A DNA stretch of 64,000 nucleotides from Bacteroidia bacterium. Lineage in GTDB: Bacteria; Bacteroidota; Bacteroidia; UBA7662. The stretch covers positions 7,105 through 71,104 of the forward strand of contig JBMTCP010000008.1 in NCBI GenBank assembly GCA_049431025.1, written 5' to 3'. Every line of letters begins with the position of its first letter. Position 1 is the stretch's first letter. A program made the translations under genes and the position numbers. Positions 18,006 to 27,248 of this stretch are shown in pieces. The notes under the pieces are model-generated. The model saw nothing but the letters and a program-made list of their open reading frames with translations, had not been told where the DNA came from and searched no databases.

Positions 18006-19202
18006 TCAAAAACCTAAATATTGACGCAAATTACCCAAACCTAATTCCATTTTTTCTTTGCTTTTGGCAAAACATAAGCGCATTAACAAAGGTCCTTCCT
18101 GGGACGTGTTCTCCATAAACGGAGAAAAAGGAATCATAGCACATCCTGCTTTCAAAGCCCATTCCTCAGCCAATACCAAATCCGATGGAGAATTAGATAG
18201 AAACGAAAAGTCAAGCCATTGAAAATAAGTTCCTTGAACAGGAACAGCCTTGATCGGAGTGGATTTCAATAACGAAAACAAAAAATCACGTTGATCCAAA
18301 TAAAAGGAGGCAATTTCCTTGCGAACCGAATCGTGTTGTAAAAAAATCTCAAAGCTGCGTTGCATTAATGAATTGACACAAAAAACATTGTATTCGTGGT
18401 GTTGACGCAATCGTAACATCCAAGCCTCAGAACCCGCAGCATAACCCAATTTCCAACCGGTACAATGGTACGTCTTCCCAAAAGAATGCACAACCATGAT
18501 CCGATTTTGGTTGTTTTTTAACGTAAGAAGACTTTTGAAGGGGGATTCAAAAACCAAATAAGCATAAACCTCATCACCCAACACAAACAAACCTTGGTGC
18601 TCCTCCAAAATAGACTCTACCGCTTTGAAATCTTCCTCAGACCAACAATAACCGCTGGGATTATGGGGGTTATTAATTAACCACAATTTGGTTTTGTGAC
18701 TAATAGCATCGCGAATTCTATTCCAATCCAATGAAAACCCGTATTCTGGATTAAAATCCATAGCAACCCGAACCGGAACGGCACCAACCGAACGAACAAC
18801 CGGTGCATACGAATCATAAGCGGGATCCAAAATCAAAACCTCATCTCCAGGCGCTAGAACCGAAACGATGGCATCATGCAAAGCCTGTGTAGCCCCAGCA
18901 GTAACCGTTATTTGAGTATTTTGGTCAAGAAAAACACCAAAGTCTTCCTGCCAAATTCGTGCAATTTGCTGACGCAATCCCAGCAAACCAAACGACGGAA
19001 CATACTGGTAGTAATTTTCTTGCAAAGCTTCCTGAACCGCAGCCAAAAGCAAAGCGGGGGGTTGATGATCCGGGAAGCCTTGTCCCAAATTGACCGCTCC
19101 CGATTGAGCGGCCCAAGCGTTAACGCGGGTAAAAATACTGGTTTGCTGATCCATCATGCCGACGCCAAAAATACGGGGAGCCAGGATGAAGGATTTGAAC
19201 AA
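18006..19202 (-). CDS. PLP-dependent aminotransferase class I (methionine/glutamine aminotransferase, YbdL-like)
   Basis: VNLGQGFPD N-terminal motif, PLP-lysine context SFGKTY, 398 aa. Confidence 0.75.
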   Translation of the reverse strand: MFKSFILAPRIFGVGMMDQQTSIFTRVNAWAAQSGAVNLGQGFPDHQPPALLLAAVQEALQENYYQYVPSFGLLGLRQQIARIWQEDFGVFLDQNTQITVTAGATQALHDAIVSVLAPGDEVLILDPAYDSYAPVVRSVGAVPVRVAMDFNPEYGFSLDWNRIRDAISHKTKLWLINNPHNPSGYCWSEEDFKAVESILEEHQGLFVLGDEVYAYLVFESPFKSLLTLKNNQNRIMVVHSFGKTYHCTGWKLGYAAGSEAWMLRLRQHHEYNVFCVNSLMQRSFEIFLQHDSVRKEIASFYLDQRDFLFSLLKSTPIKAVPVQGTYFQWLDFSFLSNSPSDLVLAEEWALKAGCAMIPFSPFMENTSQEGPLLMRLCFAKSKEKMELGLGNLRQYLGF

Positions 19203-19244
19203 ACCAAAGAACTATAAAAAGGTATTTTTTTTGTTTTTATACTT

Positions 19245-19475
19245 TAGGGCTGTGGAAAAGTGGATAATCACTTATTCCTCCATTATACACGGGTTTATCC
19301 ACTCAAAAAAAGATAAAAACTACCTTAAAAACCATAGAAAAGCATAATTACATTCCACTTGTGAATAAGTGTATAGATAACAGGACAAAAGTTATCCTTA
19401 TCCACATGGAATAACCCCGTACCCGATGGTGGACAAAAAGAAGGCTCCTTTTATTATACACTTTTTATCCACGCC
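19245..19475. promoter_or_regulatory. cluster of DnaA-box-like 9-mers in an AT-rich intergenic region (candidate oriC or DnaA-regulated promoter)
   Basis: TTATCCACA perfect at 19398-19406. TTATTCACA (reverse) at 19360-19368. TTATCCACT at 19295-19303 and (reverse) 19259-19267. TTTTCCACA (reverse) at 19251-19259. TTATCCACG at 19465-19473. An A/T-rich stretch lies at 19305-19350. Confidence 0.45.
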
Positions 19476-20043
19476 AAAATGGGTGATTTGCACAGGTTTT
19501 CCATAGAATATCCGGAACCAAATACCGTACAGAAAGCCCTTGAGCAAGGCGACGACGAATCAGCGTTGAAGAAATTTCGATTTTGGGAGCTTCAACCAAA
19601 CGGTGAGGAACCGGGTTTTCGGGTAATTGACCATCGAAATGCCGCGGATAAACCCACAAAGGCCAGGAATTCAGAATCAACTCGTAATTTTTCCAACGGG
19701 TAAACTGAATTAACTGATCCTCACCCAGTAACAAAACAAAAGAACGATCGGGATAAAGATTCCCTAGGTGTTCAAGGGTTCTGTGGGTATAGGAAGGAAG
19801 GGGAAAGTCTTTTTCGACTGTACAAAGCTTTAATCGAGGATTATCCTGAATACAGGTTTCAATCCAGCTGGCTCTGGTTTCAAAGTCAAGCATATGATCA
19901 CCGCTTTTGAGGGGATTTTGCGGTGAAAGAACCAACCAAACTTCCTCCATTTCCGATAAGGAAGCAAAGTATTCAGCAAGGATGAGGTGGCCCTGATGAA
20001 TGGGATTGAACGAACCAAAAAACAAACCCGTAAGCTTAGTCAT
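19465..20043 (-). CDS. nadD: nicotinate-nucleotide adenylyltransferase
   Basis: GLFFGSFNPIHQGHL (HxGH nucleotidyltransferase motif); 192 aa. Confidence 0.88.
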   Translation of the reverse strand: MTKLTGLFFGSFNPIHQGHLILAEYFASLSEMEEVWLVLSPQNPLKSGDHMLDFETRASWIETCIQDNPRLKLCTVEKDFPLPSYTHRTLEHLGNLYPDRSFVLLLGEDQLIQFTRWKNYELILNSWPLWVYPRHFDGQLPENPVPHRLVEAPKIEISSTLIRRRLAQGLSVRYLVPDILWKTCANHPFWRG

Positions 20044-20629
20044 GTTGGAACGACGTTGATTGGGGCTGGTAACCGGCTTTTTGAAACAAGTCCAATAGGG
20101 CCTCTTGGGCTACTTTAAGGTCATCGTTCGGAATAACCGTATCAAAAAATACCGCCTCGGCCATTTCTGCTCTGGCTTTGTCCAGACGCATGCGGATTTT
20201 GGTTTCACTTTCTGTTTGACGACGTCTTAACCTCATTTCCAAAACCGAAATATCCGAAACTCCAACAAAAAGGGCTTTTGTTTGATCAGGAAATGCTTTT
20301 TTGAAGGCCAAACCCCCGCGCACATCCAAATCAAAAAGCATAGGTATACCGGACTCAAGGGAATCCAAAACCGGATGCAGGGGAGTACCGTAAAAATGAC
20401 CGGGATAGACCTCTTCCCATTCCACAAAAAAACCCTCGTTTATTTTGTTACGAAAATCCGATTCACTCACAAAAAAATAATCATGACCATCTTTTTCGTG
20501 TGCTCGCGGAGGGCGGCTGGTATAAGAAACAGAAAAGTTGAAATCCGGGAACAGGGATTGAATAAAGCGGACCAAAGTCGTTTTACCCGCCCCGCTGGGT
20601 GCCGAAAAAACAAAAAACAATGGATTCAT
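20036..20629 (-). CDS. gmk: guanylate kinase
   Basis: P-loop SAPSGAGKTTL, plus YTSRPPR and a YFFVS/E guanylate kinase motif. Confidence 0.9.
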   Translation of the reverse strand: MNPLFFVFSAPSGAGKTTLVRFIQSLFPDFNFSVSYTSRPPRAHEKDGHDYFFVSESDFRNKINEGFFVEWEEVYPGHFYGTPLHPVLDSLESGIPMLFDLDVRGGLAFKKAFPDQTKALFVGVSDISVLEMRLRRRQTESETKIRMRLDKARAEMAEAVFFDTVIPNDDLKVAQEALLDLFQKAGYQPQSTSFQHD

Positions 20630-21577
20630 TTACAATAAATTGGCAGCCTGTTCCTTTATTTTTTCTAACCACTCTTTGGCCATGACAACCCGGTGCTGAA
20701 TTTCAAAATCAGACGCCTTGGAGCCGATGGTATTCACTTCTCTTCCAATTTCCTGGGCAACAAAACCAAGTTTACGCCCTTGTTCGCTCTCGTTTTCCAA
20801 GACGCTTTGCGCTAATTCAAGATGAGCACCCAAACGCACCAATTCTTCCGAAATATCCTTTTTTTCCAGATAAAATAGGATTTCCTGTTCCAAGCGAAGG
20901 GGATCTGGGGACCATCCGGGGGGTACGTTGGCGGGGTTTTTCCATTCGTCCAGAAATTCGTTGATTTTTTGACGGACGCTTATGCTTTTTTTGGAGTCGT
21001 TCTCGGAAATAAACGTGAGTAGTTTACGGATTTCGTTAAGGTAATCCTGGATAACCAGGGCTATGCTGCGGCCTTCGTTCTGACGAAATTCCTGGCAGGA
21101 ACGAATGGCCGAATTCAACGCCGTTCGGTACGTCGCCAACGCATCAAGGTCCAAGGCCAAGGGGCTTGCGGATTCCGCTTGGGGAGAAGAATCCTTGAAA
21201 AGCAAAGGATGTTTGGCGGCCAATTCTAACCAAGCTGTTGATTCCTCCGGCGAAGGTTTCATTGTTGGGTTTTTGGAGACCAACCAGCTTTGCCAGGCCC
21301 CCCAAACCTCATCCAAAATGTCGGCGCGAAGGGAGCGCGACGAACCTATTCCCTTGGTGGCGGAATCTTCCTGGTAAATTTGTAGGGTGATTTTGCCGCG
21401 AATAAATTCCTTTTGAAGGGTTTTGAGGGTTTCTGCTTCGAAGGCGGACCAGGACTCACCCCATCGGCATTGAATATCCAGGCCTTTACTGTTCAATGTT
21501 TTGATTTCTATTCGGTAGGATTGGTCGCCAAGCATCAAGGTGGCCTGACCAAAACCCGTCATGGAGGTGGTTTTCAT
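20630..21577 (-). CDS. yicC: YicC/YloC family stress-induced protein
   Basis: N-terminal MTGFG(QA) and a conserved C-terminal YicC domain (EIGREVNTIGSKA); 315 aa. Confidence 0.8.
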   Translation of the reverse strand: MKTTSMTGFGQATLMLGDQSYRIEIKTLNSKGLDIQCRWGESWSAFEAETLKTLQKEFIRGKITLQIYQEDSATKGIGSSRSLRADILDEVWGAWQSWLVSKNPTMKPSPEESTAWLELAAKHPLLFKDSSPQAESASPLALDLDALATYRTALNSAIRSCQEFRQNEGRSIALVIQDYLNEIRKLLTFISENDSKKSISVRQKINEFLDEWKNPANVPPGWSPDPLRLEQEILFYLEKKDISEELVRLGAHLELAQSVLENESEQGRKLGFVAQEIGREVNTIGSKASDFEIQHRVVMAKEWLEKIKEQAANLL

Positions 21578-22083
21578 AAAGGCTCAAAATAGATACGAAC
21601 CTGCGCAAAAACATCGTCGGAAGGATAGCCTTTGCCGATAAGGTAACGGGATAATTTGGCGCAAAGTTTTTGGCGCTGGCGATAATCGATAGCCGGTTCG
21701 TTCGCGGTAAGCAAGGCCCATTTGGCCTGGGCCAGGGCCGGTAACGCCGTTCGGTTGGGATCCAATTCCAAGCACCAGGAACGGGCCTCTTCCAAATAAT
21801 CCTTTAATCCCCACAACATCAAACCATGACGAATTTTATTCCATCCCCATCGGGCTCGACCGCAGCGATCGCGGCAATAAATTTCAACAAAGCGTCGGTT
21901 GTCCACAAAGCGCTCCCGCACAAGCCGTTCCAATATTTCATTTTGTTGTTCGGCGGCGAGATTAGTGCGGTTCAGCTTTTGTTGAATATGCCAAACACAG
22001 CACTCTTTTCGGGAACAAAGCGCCATGAGCCGCTGTAGAACGCGCTGTGGGTCGTCAGGGGTGTCTTTTTTCAAAATCAACAC
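21574..22083 (-). CDS. recX: recombination regulator RecX
   Basis: Three-helix repeat pattern (RVLQRLMALCSRKECCVWHIQQKL..., ILERLVRERFVDNRRFVEIY...). A GTG start at 22083 gives about 169 aa and avoids overlap with murF. The longer ORF to 22395 would overlap murF by 270 nt. Confidence 0.65.
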   Translation of the reverse strand: MLILKKDTPDDPQRVLQRLMALCSRKECCVWHIQQKLNRTNLAAEQQNEILERLVRERFVDNRRFVEIYCRDRCGRARWGWNKIRHGLMLWGLKDYLEEARSWCLELDPNRTALPALAQAKWALLTANEPAIDYRQRQKLCAKLSRYLIGKGYPSDDVFAQVRIYFEPL

Positions 22084-22124
22084 GAAGCAATCGCTTTCAA
22101 ATTTCGGTATTTTTACCCATTCCC

Positions 22125-24698
22125 ATGAATCCCGAACCCAAACTTTCTTGGAATTTGCAAGGCATCGCCCAAGCGGTTCAGGGTTCGGTTTGGGTGCGTC
22201 AGGGTTCATCGGCGACACAAAGTGTAAGCGAATGGGTTTACGATACACGCCGGTGTACACACCCTGAACGGGGTCTTTTTTTGGCTTTGTCCGGCACAAA
22301 TTCCGGGCGGGATGGTCATCACTTTTTGGATGAGGCGTACCGTTTGGGCATAAGGAATTTTTTGGTAAAGGAAGGCCACGTTGACTCGTGGCCACCCGAG
22401 GATTTGACGGTTTCTGTACTGGCGGTACCGGACCCCCTCAAGGCCTTGCAAGAACTTGCGGCCATCCACCGGCATCGCTGGGGTGGTGACGTATGGGCTA
22501 TTACGGGCTCCAACGGCAAAACCCAGGTCAAAGAATGGATGGCAGAAATGCTCCAGGGCCAAACCCGCTTTTGCAAGACCCCGGGTAGTTTTAATTCCCA
22601 GTTGGGCTTGCCTTTATCGGTTTTGGGCGCCACCCGGGATTGCCGTTTAGGGGTTTTTGAAGCGGGAATTTCCCAAGAGGGTGAAATGAAAGCCCTTGCC
22701 CGGATCCTTAGGCCTCAGGGAGGCCTTCTGACGCATTTTGGTGAAGCACACCAGGAAGGGTTTTTGAGCACAGCTCATAAATTGAAGGAAAAACTAAGTC
22801 TTTTTGAGGGCTGTACCTGGGTTGTTGCCAGGGCCGACTTGGAGGAAGAACACCAAAAAGTTTGGCGAGACCTGGTCTTGCGTAACCCACAAACCGGGTT
22901 TCATTGGTGGATCCCGGAAGCTGCCTCTGAAAGGTTGGCTTCGTGGTTTGAAGAATTGGTGAAGGAAGGGGCAAGCAGGAAGCAGTTGCACAGCTGGAAA
23001 CTACTCGCCCAACCCGATCAAGCGAAAAACCCGAATAGACATGAATTGTGTTGCGAAGGCAAAACACCGGTGGTTTTTGATGTTCCGCGTTCCGGGGAAG
23101 CTGTTTTGGAAAACATGGTTGGTACAGTCTTGACCCTTATGGTTGGGGGTTATTGGTCCAACGAATGGGCTCCCCGATGCGCCGAGCTGAGAACGCTGTC
23201 CATGCGCATGGAAATCAAGGAGATACCGGGTTCTTGTCGTTTGTTGAACGACAGTTACAGCCTGGATTTGGATTCCTTTCAATGGGCTTTGCGGGAATGG
23301 GCATTGCAGGTTGGAGATTCAGAAGGTATTGTGGTATTGTCCGAGCCCGATACCCGAGAACAAACGCCGTTGGAGCCTTTTTTGCAAACCCTGCAACGGT
23401 ATCCGTGGAAACGTCTTTATTTGGTAGGACCGCGCTGGAAGGAACAGGCTTGGACGCCCCAGTCGAATCAAATCGTGGATTTTTTTGAGGACACCAATCA
23501 ATTGTTACAACAATGGCCATTAGGCCAAAGCGCCCATGCCTGCATTTTGCTGAAAGGCGCCAGAAAGTTTGGCTTTGAACGGATTGAGCAAAAGCTTTTG
23601 GTTCAGGGCCATCAGACTGTTTTGGAAATTGACTTGGAAGCGGTACGGCACAATTTCGGGATTTTTCGCTCCTTGGTCTCGCCGGGGGTTCGCATGATGG
23701 TTATGGTCAAAGCGGGTGCCTACGGGAGCGGGAGCGTTGAAATTGCTCGAGCCCTACAAGAGGCGGGGGTTGATTATTTGGCCGTGGCCAGTGCAGGCGA
23801 AGGTATAGAGTTAAGGCGCGGAGGCGTTCATTCCCCGGTATTGGTCATGAACTGTGGTCCAACGTCAACCGATACGGTTTTGCAATACGGACTGGAACCG
23901 GATTTGTACGCTCTGGACGAAATACGCCGTTGGACCAAGGCCCTAAGAGAGCCCGCTTTTTTTCATTTGCCCCTGGATACGGGCATGCGCAGGCTGGGCT
24001 TGGGTATGGAAGACCGCGAAGAAGCCTTGAACTTATTGTCCCAATCGGCCCAAAACATCAGAATACGCAGCATTTATACGCATCTCACCTCCTCTGAGGA
24101 GCCTGCTCAGGATAGTTTTAGTGCCGGTCAATGGCAGAGCCTTCAGGATTTTGTTGGTGCATTTGAAAAGCGTATGGGCTATAGGCCCTTGGTGCACGCG
24201 CTGAATACCGCAGGGATTGTTCGTTTTCCGGATTACCAAGCGGATATGGTCCGTTTGGGCTTGGGTTTATATGGTCTGGATTCCACGAACATGCTTCAGG
24301 AAAGACTGAAGCCACTAGCAAAATTCAAAACTATTTTGGTTCAGACCCATCAACTAAAACGCGGTCAAACCCTGGGCTATGGTAATCAGGGCGTAATGAA
24401 TCAAGACGGGGTTGTAGGGGTATTGCCCGTGGGGTATGCTGACGGCTTGACAAGAACCCTGGGCATGGGAAAGGCGTCCTTCCTGATTAACGGATCTTGG
24501 GCCCCTACCATTGGGAGGATTAGCATGGATTTCTGTTTGATTGATTTAACGGATATTCCGGCTCATGTTGGCGACGAGGTCGTTTTGTGGAGCAATACGC
24601 GTGATGTGAGAGCCTGGGCAGAAGCCAGCGGCACCATACCCTATGAAATTTTGACCGGCTTATCTCCAAGGGTGCAGCGGGTGTACATTCGGGGTTAA
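22125..24698 (+). CDS. murF: bifunctional UDP-N-acetylmuramoyl-tripeptide--D-alanyl-D-alanine ligase (MurF) / alanine racemase (Alr)
   Basis: N-terminal Mur ligase domain with ATP motif AITGSNGKTQVKEW. The C-terminal roughly 370 aa is an alanine racemase (PLP-Lys in VMVMVKAGAYGSG). Confidence 0.85.
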   Translation: MNPEPKLSWNLQGIAQAVQGSVWVRQGSSATQSVSEWVYDTRRCTHPERGLFLALSGTNSGRDGHHFLDEAYRLGIRNFLVKEGHVDSWPPEDLTVSVLAVPDPLKALQELAAIHRHRWGGDVWAITGSNGKTQVKEWMAEMLQGQTRFCKTPGSFNSQLGLPLSVLGATRDCRLGVFEAGISQEGEMKALARILRPQGGLLTHFGEAHQEGFLSTAHKLKEKLSLFEGCTWVVARADLEEEHQKVWRDLVLRNPQTGFHWWIPEAASERLASWFEELVKEGASRKQLHSWKLLAQPDQAKNPNRHELCCEGKTPVVFDVPRSGEAVLENMVGTVLTLMVGGYWSNEWAPRCAELRTLSMRMEIKEIPGSCRLLNDSYSLDLDSFQWALREWALQVGDSEGIVVLSEPDTREQTPLEPFLQTLQRYPWKRLYLVGPRWKEQAWTPQSNQIVDFFEDTNQLLQQWPLGQSAHACILLKGARKFGFERIEQKLLVQGHQTVLEIDLEAVRHNFGIFRSLVSPGVRMMVMVKAGAYGSGSVEIARALQEAGVDYLAVASAGEGIELRRGGVHSPVLVMNCGPTSTDTVLQYGLEPDLYALDEIRRWTKALREPAFFHLPLDTGMRRLGLGMEDREEALNLLSQSAQNIRIRSIYTHLTSSEEPAQDSFSAGQWQSLQDFVGAFEKRMGYRPLVHALNTAGIVRFPDYQADMVRLGLGLYGLDSTNMLQERLKPLAKFKTILVQTHQLKRGQTLGYGNQGVMNQDGVVGVLPVGYADGLTRTLGMGKASFLINGSWAPTIGRISMDFCLIDLTDIPAHVGDEVVLWSNTRDVRAWAEASGTIPYEILTGLSPRVQRVYIRG

Positions 24699-24759
24699 AG
24701 ACCCGTTATTTTTGGGGAATCAATTACCCCACCCCGCAACCCCCATTTGAGCGTAATCA

Positions 24760-24981
24760 ATGTTATCAAACACCGCTATTTTAGTTTACCACAAGCCTTT
24801 TGTCAGGCTGATCATGGTGTTGATGATTATTATGGGTTTGGGCGTAAGTTCGGCCTGTTCCAGCAGACGTAAGGGTCGTAACAAAAAATGCAATTGTCCG
24901 TCCATTGGTGCCGTTTATCCCTCGCAAGAGAGCAAAACGGCCCTCAACCGGACCCCCAATTCCATCAACGACCGTAGTTAG
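24760..24981 (+). CDS. small hypothetical Cys-rich membrane/lipoprotein-like ORF upstream of feoA (doubtful)
   Basis: 73-aa ORF with a hydrophobic segment MVLMIIMGLGVSSAC and a basic CSSRRKGRNKKCNC tail. Its ATG lies inside an AT-rich TAATCA/TTATCA element that may instead be the feo operator. Confidence 0.25.
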   Translation: MLSNTAILVYHKPFVRLIMVLMIIMGLGVSSACSSRRKGRNKKCNCPSIGAVYPSQESKTALNRTPNSINDRS

Positions 24982-24983
24982 AT

Positions 24984-25259
24984 ATGCCTCAACGACAAGG
25001 CAGTTTGGATCAAGCTCCGACCGGTGTTCCGTTGCAGGTTGTTCGCCTGGACGAAAGTGATTTGTCCCTCAAACTCATGGAGATGGGGTGTTTACCCGGA
25101 GAAAATTTAGAAATATTGCATCGCGCCACCGGCGGTGATCCCTTGGCCATCAAGGTAATGGATTATGTGCTGGGATTGAGGGCCCGCGAAGCCGCCGCCG
25201 TATGGGTTTCATGGGGGGATACCCCATTGCGTAACTTGTGGAATTCGGAGACCCCATGA
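24984..25259 (+). CDS. feoA: ferrous iron transport protein FeoA
   Basis: 91 aa, SH3-like FeoA domain (LSLKLMEMGCLPGENLEILHRATGGDPLAIKV). Confidence 0.85.
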   Translation: MPQRQGSLDQAPTGVPLQVVRLDESDLSLKLMEMGCLPGENLEILHRATGGDPLAIKVMDYVLGLRAREAAAVWVSWGDTPLRNLWNSETP

Positions 25260-27241
25260 GCTTACCCCAAATTTTTTTGGCCGGGAACCCCAACTCTGGG
25301 AAAAGCACCCTCTTCAACGCTCTTACCGGGTTGCATCACAAAACGGCTAATTTTCCGGGCGTCACGGTAGAAAGCCTTCAGGCTGAAATGAATATACCGG
25401 AGATTGGGCGAACGACCATCGTTGATTTACCGGGAACCTACAGCTTGTACCCTCAATCCCAAGATGAATGGGTTGCCTGTCATGCTTTGGTCAACGCAGC
25501 CGCCCTGAAGGTTCCGGTTTTGGTGGTGGTGGTGGTGGATGCGGCTAACCTCAACCGCAGCATGTTGCTTATCAGCCAAATTCAGGAATTGGGGGTGAGC
25601 ATGCGGATTGTGCTTAACAAAGCCGATCGGGTGGCCAGCCCTGGGCTTAAAGGGGTTGTGCAATGGTTTGAGAACGAATTGAAGATCAAAGCACAGGCCT
25701 GCGATGCCCGTAAGGGCACCGGTATGAGCGAACTGACCAAAATTTGGGGGCGCGCCTTGTCCTCGGCCCACGAGGAAATCGGAAAAGCCAACAAGGGCGA
25801 CTGGGCCGCTTCTTGGAACCGGGTATTTGGGCAGGGTCTGGACACGCAAGACCAGGGCAACGAAGAGATTCGCACACAGCATTCAAGCGAGACCATAGAC
25901 CGGTATCGTCGAATAAACCAGGCCCTCAAAACCTGCCCTATCCACGAAACCAAAGCCAAAGCCGCTTTACCCAACGGCCCGGATCGTATTTTACTTCACC
26001 CCGTGGGGGGAATGCTGGTTTTTGTAGCGGTCATGGCTTTAATGTTTCAGGCTCTGTTTGCCTGGGCCTCTTATCCAATGGAGGGAATCGAAAACATGAT
26101 GTTATGGGCAGGCGAATATTTACGACAGGTACTTGAGCCTCGTTCACAGGCCCTTAGCAACTTGATAACCAAAGGGTTAATGCCGGGCATTGGGGGCGTT
26201 TTGGTTTTTGTGCCCCAAATCTTTTTGTTGTTTTTCTTTTTGGTGGTACTGGAGGAAAGCGGATACATGGCCAGGGTGAGTTATTTGATGGACCGCAACC
26301 TCAAAAAAATTGGCCTTAATGGCAAATCGATTGTTCCCATGCTGGGCGGATTTGCTTGTGCGGTTCCGGCTATTGCGGCTACTCGTAACATTGTTTCGTG
26401 GAAAGAACGTTTATCGACGATTATGGTACTGCCGTTGATGAGTTGCAGCGCTCGCTTGCCTGTGTATGCCCTCTTGATTCAATTTGCTGTACCTGAAGGT
26501 TATTTCATGGGGATTTTTAGCCTGCAGGGCCTAACCATGATGGGATTGTATCTCATGGGAGTGCTTGCTGCCGTTTTATCAGCGTTGGTCATGAAATTTT
26601 GGATACGCGAAAAAGGCCCCTCGTATTTTATGTTGGAAATACCGACGTATCAATGGCCGGTATCCCGCAATCTATGGCAGGTTCCTTGGCGCTATTGCAT
26701 GAGTTTTGTTCAAGGCGCCGGTAAGGTGATCGTATTGGTTTCGCTTTTGCTTTGGGTATTGGCGAGTTTTGGTCCTGATCACGGCATTCAAGACACGTTG
26801 AGCGGTCGTTCCGAGGCCCCTGCCTTAGAAAAAAGTTATGCCGGCGTTTTGGGGAAGGCCCTGGAGCCCGTGATCCGTCCTTTGGGATTTGATTGGAAAA
26901 TCGGGATTGCCCTGGTTACCTCTTTTGCTGCGCGCGAGGTCTTTGTCGGAACCATGGCCACCATATACGGCTTGGAAGGCGACCCGGAATCGGATGGTAA
27001 TGTACTCCGCCTCAAAGAGCGCATGCAAAGGGATCGCGTGGAGGGAAGTCAACAACCCTTGTTTAACCGGGCGACGGTTTGGTCGCTCTTGGTATTCTAT
27101 GCTTTTGCCTTGCAGTGCATGAGCACGGTTGCAGCGACCCGACAGGAAACAAGGTCTTGGAAGTGGCCTTTGATTCAGTTGTTTTACCTCAGCGCATTGG
27201 CCTATTTGGCCAGCCTGGCGGTTTATCAATGGAGTCTTTGA
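25256..27241 (+). CDS. feoB: ferrous iron transport protein FeoB
   Basis: G-protein domain GNPNSGKSTLFNALTG, then a polytopic membrane domain. The ATG overlaps the feoA stop (ATGA). Confidence 0.9.
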   Translation: MSLPQIFLAGNPNSGKSTLFNALTGLHHKTANFPGVTVESLQAEMNIPEIGRTTIVDLPGTYSLYPQSQDEWVACHALVNAAALKVPVLVVVVVDAANLNRSMLLISQIQELGVSMRIVLNKADRVASPGLKGVVQWFENELKIKAQACDARKGTGMSELTKIWGRALSSAHEEIGKANKGDWAASWNRVFGQGLDTQDQGNEEIRTQHSSETIDRYRRINQALKTCPIHETKAKAALPNGPDRILLHPVGGMLVFVAVMALMFQALFAWASYPMEGIENMMLWAGEYLRQVLEPRSQALSNLITKGLMPGIGGVLVFVPQIFLLFFFLVVLEESGYMARVSYLMDRNLKKIGLNGKSIVPMLGGFACAVPAIAATRNIVSWKERLSTIMVLPLMSCSARLPVYALLIQFAVPEGYFMGIFSLQGLTMMGLYLMGVLAAVLSALVMKFWIREKGPSYFMLEIPTYQWPVSRNLWQVPWRYCMSFVQGAGKVIVLVSLLLWVLASFGPDHGIQDTLSGRSEAPALEKSYAGVLGKALEPVIRPLGFDWKIGIALVTSFAAREVFVGTMATIYGLEGDPESDGNVLRLKERMQRDRVEGSQQPLFNRATVWSLLVFYAFALQCMSTVAATRQETRSWKWPLIQLFYLSALAYLASLAVYQWSL

Positions 27242-27248
27242 GGATAAG

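Noticed and set aside
22084-22395. Upstream extension of the recX ORF overlapping murF-alr by 270 nt
   Set aside because: The RecX helical repeats begin near residue 116 of the long ORF. A GTG at 22083 gives a normal-length RecX without a large overlap. The extension sequence (Pro/Lys-rich) has no homology features.
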